From a virus: a stretch of DNA of 64,000 bases. The translations under genes were made by a program, and so were the position numbers. The notes beneath the pieces were generated by a model, which saw nothing but the letters and a program-made list of their open reading frames with translations, did not search any database and had not been told where the DNA came from. The stretch lies in IMG/VR virus record IMGVR_UViG_3300047560_001714, positions 32,001-96,000 of that record. One strand, written 5' to 3'. Of this stretch, positions 56,632 through 64,000 are shown piece after piece (position 1 is the first letter of the stretch; each line of letters opens with the position of its first letter).

Positions 56632-57342
56632 TTAATGCCTATGTAATAAATGTGACATGACTACCGCAACATTATCAGAGGTCAATGGTATATTTAATAT
56701 TAAATGAATACTGTCATCCACCCAAGATATTGTTCTATGAGTTTGCATTGTGTTTACATAATATGCTCTCCCCATCTCAATAGACATCTTTTTATCGACC
56801 CCTTGAATCCAATCATAATCCATGGGTGAACAGTTATTTAAAAAGACCACAATACGAAATACATCTCTAGGCATTACAGGGTGATCTCTGTGTGGAACAA
56901 AATATCCGCCTATATTTGACTTTATTAAAAATGATCTGCCTAGCGAATCGAATAAACTTAATATTGGGCGTAAACTATGACAACTATGATACACATCGGT
57001 TGGTGAATTGAATAATAACTCCGAAAGTTTGTTTCCGCCAGCCCGAACAATTGCTTCTGCTAAACTAGGATCCTCATTATGCAATTTTCCTGGTAAATTA
57101 TATAACACCAATGCTTGTCTATTGTTAACACGGTCGGTTCTTGGTAAGTAATCCACCCATTCCCCATCATATTTTGCTATTTCTTGCATAAATGACGCAC
57201 AATCAATCTTTATATCTAACGGCTCAAAATCGCCAATTTTGGACAAAGATACCTCATTTGCTAGTGTTTCTAAATTGATATTTTCCGAATTATATATTGG
57301 TCGTTGACCAGATGATCCAGGCGGTACTTTTATTTGTTCCAT
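56632..57342 (-). CDS. AspH-like 2OG-Fe(II) oxygenase
   Basis: GGYFVPHRD, YYVNTMQTHRT, IHLILN. Confidence 0.75.
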   Translation of the reverse strand: MEQIKVPPGSSGQRPIYNSENINLETLANEVSLSKIGDFEPLDIKIDCASFMQEIAKYDGEWVDYLPRTDRVNNRQALVLYNLPGKLHNEDPSLAEAIVRAGGNKLSELLFNSPTDVYHSCHSLRPILSLFDSLGRSFLIKSNIGGYFVPHRDHPVMPRDVFRIVVFLNNCSPMDYDWIQGVDKKMSIEMGRAYYVNTMQTHRTISWVDDSIHLILNIPLTSDNVAVVMSHLLHRH

Positions 57343-57409
57343 AATGAGTTGTCTCCGAAAATATCACGTATTTAGTAATACGGTATGCACACAACCATAA
57401 ATATAAATC

Positions 57410-58078
57410 ATGAATACAATCTATATAGGATATGACGAAAACAGTCCAGTTACCTATCACGTCTGTTCAAACAGTATTATTAGAAAAAGTACCACACCGG
57501 TAGCGTTAATACCATTAGTATTACCATCGTTGCCATATAACGAAACCCATACTGATGGCAGTAACCGATTCGTATACTCTCGATTTTTGGTACCATATTT
57601 ACAAAACTTTACTGGGTGGGCATTATTTATAGATGGGGATATGGTCGTGACCGATGATATTACCACATTATTTACAGAGTTCTTAGACCCATCTAAAGGG
57701 GTGGTTGTTGTTAAGCATTCTTATACAACCAACTCTAAAATAAAATATCTAAACCATACGAATGATGATTATCCGAGAAAAAATTGGAGTAGTGTAATAT
57801 TATGGAATTGTTCCTATTACAAAAATAAAATATTAACCCCAAAAACAATATCTGAATCAACCGGTAGTTTCTTACATAGGTTTTCTTGGTTGGACGATTT
57901 TGAGATAGGAGAATTACCGATCGAATGGAACTGGTTACCTGATGAATTTGGTGAAAATCCAAAAGCAAAAATAATTCATTACACATTAGGTGCACCGTGC
58001 TTTAATGGATACGAAACTACGCCAATGAATGAATTATGGCATCAAGAATTGAAAAACACAATATATTGCGTACAATAA
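57410..58078 (+). CDS. Glycosyltransferase (GT8-like)
   Basis: IYIGYD, FVYSRFLVP, FIDGDM, YPRKNWSSVILWNC, IHYTLGAP. Confidence 0.88.
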   Translation: MNTIYIGYDENSPVTYHVCSNSIIRKSTTPVALIPLVLPSLPYNETHTDGSNRFVYSRFLVPYLQNFTGWALFIDGDMVVTDDITTLFTEFLDPSKGVVVVKHSYTTNSKIKYLNHTNDDYPRKNWSSVILWNCSYYKNKILTPKTISESTGSFLHRFSWLDDFEIGELPIEWNWLPDEFGENPKAKIIHYTLGAPCFNGYETTPMNELWHQELKNTIYCVQ

Positions 58079-58080
58079 TT

Positions 58081-58968
58081 ATGAGACCAAGTTGGAAAAT
58101 AGAAAAATATAATAATACAAAAATAAATTTGGCAAATAACGTTTGTTATGATACAATTTTGCTAAACCAAGTATCAAGTTTAATTAAATCGACAAAAATC
58201 GACTTACGGCAATACCCAGAGGAGGTTCATGTTTATAGAGCTATATCTGCACATCATGAAATATCAATGGATAATATTGCAATTGGGTTTGGGATTGGTG
58301 AACTAATAGTTAGAGTATTGAATCTTAAACAAAATAAAAAAATATCAATTGTTAGCCCAACCTGGCCGATGGTTGAAACATATAGTGAAATATTTAATAT
58401 AGAGTATTGTACTAAATTTGATGAAACAGCAACCACCTTATATTTGGCTAATCCAAATGGAATGTCTGGTGAATGCCTCACTAGACAACAAGTATTAGAG
58501 TTATTACCGAAATTTGATTTAGTAATAGTGGATGAAGCATACGGCGAATTTGCAACTATACAATACAGCGTGATAGATATAGCTGCAAAGGTTGATAATT
58601 TAATAGTTTTAAAGACATTTTCTAAAAGTTTATCACTAGCTGGTATACGATTAGGGTATGCCATTGCTAACACAGAAATAATAAAGCAGCTTCAGTTAAC
58701 ACGCCCAAGTGGTGTACCTTGTGGGATTATTACCCCGATAATAACAGATTTATTTAATTTGATTCCATCGCACGTAAGTAGGATGAACGAAACCCGTAAT
58801 TTCTTAGAATCTAATTTTGATTGTATTCCGTCAAATGGGAATTTTGTATTAATGAAAGAACCACCAATTGGGTTGAGTGATCATTTTTTAATGCGAACCC
58901 TTGATAATGGTATTTGTAGAATGGCACTTGCCGACTTGACTATGATAAAAAATGCTTGTAAATTTTAA
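58081..58968 (+). CDS. HisC-like PLP-dependent aminotransferase
   Basis: ANPNG, VDEAYGEF, KTFSKSLSLAGIRLGY, GNFVL. Confidence 0.85.
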   Translation: MRPSWKIEKYNNTKINLANNVCYDTILLNQVSSLIKSTKIDLRQYPEEVHVYRAISAHHEISMDNIAIGFGIGELIVRVLNLKQNKKISIVSPTWPMVETYSEIFNIEYCTKFDETATTLYLANPNGMSGECLTRQQVLELLPKFDLVIVDEAYGEFATIQYSVIDIAAKVDNLIVLKTFSKSLSLAGIRLGYAIANTEIIKQLQLTRPSGVPCGIITPIITDLFNLIPSHVSRMNETRNFLESNFDCIPSNGNFVLMKEPPIGLSDHFLMRTLDNGICRMALADLTMIKNACKF

Positions 58969-59764
58969 CACACTTCGAGAAATGCAATCACACGGGGTTA
59001 CTGATTTATTATCAACTTTGCGTGTCGTAGAAATAAACCCAATTGATGCTTGTAATCGTTCGTGTTCCTTTTGCCCAAGAAGTATTAAAGAATACTCGGC
59101 TAACAAAATCAAACTATCATTAGATACTATAAAAAAGATAGCAACGGATTTGCAAGAAATATCATTTGATGGACGTATTAGTTTTGCTGGATTTGGTGAG
59201 CCAACTTTATACAAACATCTAATTGAATCAATTTCAATAATTCGAAGTACCGTACCAACCGCCAAGTATATTGAAATAATTACAAATGGTGATTTATTAA
59301 CAAAGCCAATGGTTGCCGAATTGGAAACTGCTGGGTGCACTAACGTCACCATTAGTATGTACGATTACGATAAAACGGCAATTATTGCACCATTATTCGA
59401 AAATACGTCTATTCAGTTGACACTAAAAGATTCATACAATGGTTTTGCAATGGTAAATCGAACTGAAATATTTTCAGAATCAGCCACATTATATAAACAA
59501 AAAGAATGTTATCTACCATTTTATAAAATGTTTATAGATACAGATGGAAATGTGATATTATGCGCAAATGATTGGAAACGTACCTCAATTATAGGGAATG
59601 TGTTAGATGAAACTATACAAGCTATATGGTTAGGTGAGGGATATAAACAATACCGGCAACATTTATTACAACAAACCAGAGATTTAATTCCTTGTAAATT
59701 TTGTAATATTGATGGTACATTGTACGGACGCGCTAGTTTTATAAAATGGTCAACAAATGATTAA
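58952..59764 (+). CDS. Radical SAM protein with SPASM/twitch domain
   Basis: CNRSCSFC, GFGEPTL, TNGDLL, CYLPF...CAND...CKFC. Confidence 0.88.
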   Translation: MLVNFNTLREMQSHGVTDLLSTLRVVEINPIDACNRSCSFCPRSIKEYSANKIKLSLDTIKKIATDLQEISFDGRISFAGFGEPTLYKHLIESISIIRSTVPTAKYIEIITNGDLLTKPMVAELETAGCTNVTISMYDYDKTAIIAPLFENTSIQLTLKDSYNGFAMVNRTEIFSESATLYKQKECYLPFYKMFIDTDGNVILCANDWKRTSIIGNVLDETIQAIWLGEGYKQYRQHLLQQTRDLIPCKFCNIDGTLYGRASFIKWSTND

Positions 59765-60440
59765 AGAATTGCAACAATTACTAGATGAATGGGATATACA
59801 TGTTGCATATCGGTTCCATAATAATATTTATATAAATATTGGTCCTGAAGATCAATATATGTGGAAACGTACTGAAAATGGTGTTTTTATGTGGAAACAG
59901 TATAAAGCATTTTTCTTTCATAATAATGGTATGGTTTATAAACTAACAAATTGGGAAAAAGTCAATGATTGGGCCAATCATGCTAATTTATACAAAATAT
60001 CCTCTAACAATCAAAAATTTTGTATAGAGAAACCAATTGAGTTTCAAACATTTGAACATAATAAAGAATTATGGTTATATTACGTTGTACAACGACCTTG
60101 GGGGAGGAATGGGTGTACTTTTATGGAGGATATACTCCGAGAACATACCGATACTGAGTATTTTTTAAAACTAGTCGATGACCACTCATCACTTTTAAAA
60201 TATTTAAAAATATTAAACTCTATGACTAAGTGTAATTTACCAGCTATTACACCAAAGCGAATAATATACAATGATATGATATGCTGGACTGATTTTAAAG
60301 ATTGGTCACTAACCCCATCCCAATACATAGCCAATACAACCGCATCCATATATCATAGTATGCTAGCAATTGAATCGATGACACGTAAAAAGTTAAATAA
60401 AAAAGCAGTGATAGAAAGGATAACTGATACATGGAAATAA
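59757..60440 (+). CDS. Hypothetical protein
   Basis: 227-aa ORF coupled to the radical SAM gene. Confidence 0.55.
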   Translation: MIKELQQLLDEWDIHVAYRFHNNIYINIGPEDQYMWKRTENGVFMWKQYKAFFFHNNGMVYKLTNWEKVNDWANHANLYKISSNNQKFCIEKPIEFQTFEHNKELWLYYVVQRPWGRNGCTFMEDILREHTDTEYFLKLVDDHSSLLKYLKILNSMTKCNLPAITPKRIIYNDMICWTDFKDWSLTPSQYIANTTASIYHSMLAIESMTRKKLNKKAVIERITDTWK

Positions 60441-60676
60441 CCGCAAACTATATTATGTATAAAAATGGTACTCTTATCAATAGTGCTGAAGTGCCAATTG
60501 ACTTGCTATTGATTTTAGCACCAATACGGCATACCGGAGTTTATGACCGACTGTATATAGAATTCAATGGCTCAACTCATAATTTTAATCCGTGTTCATA
60601 TGACCATACAATTGATTCTGATATAACACTAGCCGAACATAATAATTTAATACAACCGCAAATGTATATACATTAA
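60431..60676 (+). CDS. Hypothetical protein
   Basis: ORF track. Confidence 0.4.
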   Translation: MEITANYIMYKNGTLINSAEVPIDLLLILAPIRHTGVYDRLYIEFNGSTHNFNPCSYDHTIDSDITLAEHNNLIQPQMYIH

Positions 60677-60746
60677 AAATTTGACAACTAGTTTGTAATC
60701 TTATATAATATCAATTTTTAACTATTCGGTGCTTAGTATGAGAATT

Positions 60747-61061
60747 ACTTTTATTTTACTTATGTTGACTTTTATTACATCTGCATATGCTGAAAGTCCA
60801 TACGATAAATTTTCTACAGCTGATAATTACACCAACAAAGTAACCGTCGAATGGCAATCTGCCGATGACATACAAACAGCGTGTAATAAACAACGTACTG
60901 ACAATGGTGAACAACCATATACCTATGCTGTACAAGCTTGCTCTATATGGTATGCAAATGGTCAAAAATCAACGTGTACCATTATCACAAGTAAAAATGT
61001 ATCTATGTGGTCAATAGGACATGAAATTAGACACTGCTTTCAAGGAGCTTTTCATAAATGA
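60747..61061 (+). CDS. Secreted protein with an HExxH motif
   Basis: Signal peptide; GHEIRHCF. Confidence 0.6.
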   Translation, partial: TFILLMLTFITSAYAESPYDKFSTADNYTNKVTVEWQSADDIQTACNKQRTDNGEQPYTYAVQACSIWYANGQKSTCTIITSKNVSMWSIGHEIRHCFQGAFHK

Positions 61062-61489
61062 ACGATTTAAATGATTTAGAGGATGACGACTTTGATTTTT
61101 CTGCGTTCCTTGCCGGATTAAGGATACGAGATGATAAAATGTCGCCTGAACATAATATGGAATATACCATGATGAACACCGAATGGTTTGTTGAAAAAGT
61201 TAAACAATCCGAAAGTTATTCACAAAATTTATACGCAGCCCTGTGCAATAATGATTTTGCAGAATTGGACGATACTTGGAGTATCCTTAACGAAGATTGG
61301 TGGTCATGTTCATGGCGTACAGCTGGTGGAATTGTTGCTAACTTGCGTGATGAGGGTGATTACTTAGATTGGTATTGTTCTGGTATGAAAGGTTCATCAG
61401 ATAGTAATAGTGATGTTTCAGAAGGTTATGTAACTGAAGAAATCAAAGAAGATTTAAAAAAACTGGGATGGGCCCCAGTTAGAAATTAG
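61058..61489 (+). CDS. Conserved phage hypothetical protein
   Basis: YSQNLYAALCNNDF, WSCSWRTAGGIVA, DYLDWYCSG, VSEGYVT. Confidence 0.75.
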   Translation: MNDLNDLEDDDFDFSAFLAGLRIRDDKMSPEHNMEYTMMNTEWFVEKVKQSESYSQNLYAALCNNDFAELDDTWSILNEDWWSCSWRTAGGIVANLRDEGDYLDWYCSGMKGSSDSNSDVSEGYVTEEIKEDLKKLGWAPVRN

Positions 61490-61506
61490 GAGAAACTTAA
61501 AAATAC

Positions 61507-61722
61507 ATGAAAGAAGATTTAATAGAAATGACAGGTGTGGTTAATGACGTGCTGCCTGGCAATATGTTTAAAGTGCAAATCGATGATACCACGCATGAAC
61601 TAATTTGCTACTTAGGAGGAAAGCTTAAACAACACAAGATTCGAGTAATTATGGGTGACAAGGTGAAAATTGAGGTCAGTCCATATGATTTAAACCGTGG
61701 TCGAGTAATTTACCGTTTATAG
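61507..61722 (+). CDS. infA: Translation initiation factor IF-1
   Basis: KEDLIEMTGVV...LPGNMFKV...GKLKQHKIRVIMGDKVKIEVSPYDLNRGRVIYR. Confidence 0.95.
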   Translation: MKEDLIEMTGVVNDVLPGNMFKVQIDDTTHELICYLGGKLKQHKIRVIMGDKVKIEVSPYDLNRGRVIYRL

Positions 61723-61731
61723 GACACTATC

Positions 61732-62580
61732 ATGACAGACAAATTTCGCATAAAACTAGTTTCAGACTTGCATTTGGAGTTCAGTCCAATTGTAATACCA
61801 AATGATCAGAATTACGATTTACTCATTTTATCGGGTGATATCTTGATATCACAATATCTACATGATTATTCGGAAAACGATGAAAGTGAATCTGGGTATG
61901 CTGATCTTGCACAAAGATTTAGAGAATTTCTCACACAAGTAAATAATGATTTTCCAAAAGTAATCTATGTTGCGGGTAACCATGAACTATATCATGGTGG
62001 ATTTAACAAAGGTATTCAATATCTTTATGATGAATGCGCCAAATATCCAAACGTATTCTTTTTAGAAAAAGATTATTGTATTATTAATGATACAGCTTTT
62101 ATTGGCGCAACGTTATGGACTGATTGTAATAAAAATGACCCATTAAGTTCACACGTGGTACAAGGTAGTTTAAATGATTATCGCTTGATTAGAGATGATA
62201 CAAATGGGTATCGTAAAATCACAGCACTTGATACCATTGCACGCCATTATAAGACTATACTTTATTTTGATACCACTATTACCCAATTACAAGACTCTGG
62301 GATTGAGAAATTTGTAATAGTAGGGCATCATAGTCCCAGTTTTAAAAGTTTATCAACTAAATATCCAGCGAATTCGCAGGTAAACTATGCGTACCATAAC
62401 AATTTGGATGAGTATATCTTAGAACATCCAGAAATTGTATTATGGACACATGGACATTCGCATTGTCCAATGGATTATTGTATAGGAACTACCCGCATTG
62501 TATGTAACCCACGTGGGTACGAAGGATCTTCATATAATGAATGTACCGGTTGGGACCCAAATATATTAATTGAAATTTAA
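61732..62580 (+). CDS. Metallophosphoesterase
   Basis: VSDLHLEF, LSGDI, AGNHELY, GATLWTD, WTHGHSH, CNPRGY. Confidence 0.9.
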   Translation: MTDKFRIKLVSDLHLEFSPIVIPNDQNYDLLILSGDILISQYLHDYSENDESESGYADLAQRFREFLTQVNNDFPKVIYVAGNHELYHGGFNKGIQYLYDECAKYPNVFFLEKDYCIINDTAFIGATLWTDCNKNDPLSSHVVQGSLNDYRLIRDDTNGYRKITALDTIARHYKTILYFDTTITQLQDSGIEKFVIVGHHSPSFKSLSTKYPANSQVNYAYHNNLDEYILEHPEIVLWTHGHSHCPMDYCIGTTRIVCNPRGYEGSSYNECTGWDPNILIEI

Positions 62581-62634
62581 TTGTTGACATTTTAATAAAA
62601 CTTGGTATAATATCATTTCATTTTGGAGAATACG

Positions 62635-62814
62635 ATGACCGATGAAAAACTATCAGTTAGTAAACTATTGCGAACAACTGTTACAAATAGTAATGACTTT
62701 TATATGCAAGTTGCTGACCACATCGACAAGCTTGAACAAACAATTCGTGAACTAACGACCGAACTCAATGATTTGAAAAAAACGTTAGACAACGAAATTG
62801 ACGATCACAAATAA
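62635..62814 (+). CDS. Small coiled-coil hypothetical protein
   Basis: GGAG SD behind a TTGACA/TATAAT promoter. Confidence 0.55.
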   Translation: MTDEKLSVSKLLRTTVTNSNDFYMQVADHIDKLEQTIRELTTELNDLKKTLDNEIDDHK

Positions 62815-62837
62815 TTTTAACTTTACTGGAGACACAC

Positions 62838-63419
62838 ATGGCTGGATTAATTCCAATGGTTGTAGAACAAGAAGCACACGGCGAACGATCTTATGACATC
62901 TATAGCAGATTATTAAAAGATCGTATCGTAATGCTTGACACAGATGTAAATGAACATTCTGCAAGTGTTATTGTTGCGCAACTTCTATTTTTAGAAAGTC
63001 AAGGCAATGATGATATTAGCTTCTTTATTAATAGTCCAGGCGGTTCAGTAACCGCTGGTATGGCTATCTATGATACAATGAACTTTATTAAACCAGACGT
63101 CTCGACGATTGTAATGGGGCAAGCGTGCAGTATGGGTAGTTTGCTCGCATCCTCTGGTGCAAAAGGCAAACGTAAAATTCTGCCATCCGCACGGCATATG
63201 ATTCATCAAGTTAGTTCCGGTACTCGTGGTACCGCAATTGATATGAAAATTGCGCTCGAAGAAACATTGAAGTTAAATAAGTACTTAACTGAGGTGTATG
63301 TGAAAAACACTGGACATTCTTACGAAAAGCTTGAACAGGATATGAGTCGTGACTATTACATGAGTGCGCAAGAAAGCGTTGATTACGGGCTTGCAGATTT
63401 AATTATTACATCACGTTAA
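62838..63419 (+). CDS. clpP: ATP-dependent Clp protease proteolytic subunit
   Basis: [45 protein letters not shown]. Confidence 0.97.
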   Translation: MAGLIPMVVEQEAHGERSYDIYSRLLKDRIVMLDTDVNEHSASVIVAQLLFLESQGNDDISFFINSPGGSVTAGMAIYDTMNFIKPDVSTIVMGQACSMGSLLASSGAKGKRKILPSARHMIHQVSSGTRGTAIDMKIALEETLKLNKYLTEVYVKNTGHSYEKLEQDMSRDYYMSAQESVDYGLADLIITSR

Positions 63420-63464
63420 TTTCAACGGTACCACCCTTCGGGGTGGTCTTTTTTAAGGATTATT

Positions 63465-64000
63465 ATGCTTACACCATACCAAGCTATTATACAACTTCGA
63501 ACTACAAACAGTAGATTAGAGAAAGTAGGATATATTAAACACCAAGCAAATGTAAATAATACTGAATTTTTTGAAGGATGTCGTCTTGCATTAGACAACA
63601 TGATTACGTTTGGGGTAAAGAAAGTCCCAATTAAGAAAGACGCCGACGGACCTGGGTTATCGTGGGAGGATTTCTTAACTGTTGCAAACGATTTAAGATC
63701 ACGCAAACTAACTGGTAATGCTGCCAAAGCCGCAATTGACACACTTATGGCATCTGCGACTGATAAACAATGGAATCGATGGTATCGCCTTATTCTGATT
63801 AAAGATCTAAAATGTGGAGTTAATGTTAAAACTCTTAACAGCGCTATTATGGATTCGTCACATCCAGAATTTACTGTCCCAGTCTTTCAATGTCAATTGG
63901 CTAAAGATATTGATAAACACGCCGCAAAAGGTGTTGGTAAGAAATTACTCGAATTTAAACTGGATGGCGTTAGAGTGTTAACGGTGGTCTACCCAAATGG
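63465..64000 (+). CDS. ATP-dependent DNA ligase, 3'-truncated by the window edge (not in the ORF track)
   Basis: ATG 63465 after an AAGGA SD; IKDLKCGV, FQCQLAKD, motif I EFKLDGVR. Confidence 0.9.
   Translation, partial: MLTPYQAIIQLRTTNSRLEKVGYIKHQANVNNTEFFEGCRLALDNMITFGVKKVPIKKDADGPGLSWEDFLTVANDLRSRKLTGNAAKAAIDTLMASATDKQWNRWYRLILIKDLKCGVNVKTLNSAIMDSSHPEFTVPVFQCQLAKDIDKHAAKGVGKKLLEFKLDGVRVLTVVYPN

Noticed and set aside
58952-59764. Radical SAM/SPASM protein as PqqE partner of PqqA
   Set aside because: It is shorter than PqqE as I recall it, lacks recognisable PqqE motifs, has no PqqD, and lies 37 kb away in a different gene cluster.

Overview
A 64 kb AT-rich segment of a large T4-like (jumbo) bacteriophage genome, standard genetic code, mostly + strand. 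It carries nucleotide and NAD metabolism genes (nrdA, nrdB, glutaredoxin, NadM-Nudix), translation and proteostasis genes (bS21, IF-1, Pth2, DnaK, Hsp20, GroES, PpiC, ClpS, ClpP), heme oxygenase plus a PcyX-type bilin reductase, a curli-like CsgF/CsgG/curlin/FecR module, a CHASE2 adenylate cyclase split by a GIY-YIG endonuclease, a two-piece tmRNA and 17 tRNAs. A 24-aa PqqA precursor gene missed by the ORF track, together with an Lpp/OprI-like lipoprotein, points to a PQQ-using, probably methylotrophic or methanotrophic gammaproteobacterial host (inference). The most striking unexplained structure is a dispersed family of about 14 non-coding elements in 36.2-47.9 kb. Each has a covarying 6-11 bp closing stem, a fixed NNNCAGCA(A/T) linker and a terminal U.G pair. 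Their cargo is tRNA parts: lone anticodon arms, a T-arm, or circularly permuted tRNA bodies. A minimal copy sits in the 5' UTR of a DUF2828 (TROVE/Ro60-like + vWA) gene that heads a region with Pth2, a phosphoesterase and an RNA ligase. I infer a phage Ro60/Y-RNA-like tRNA-mimic and repair system. All family calls come from motif recognition by eye; no database searches were run.
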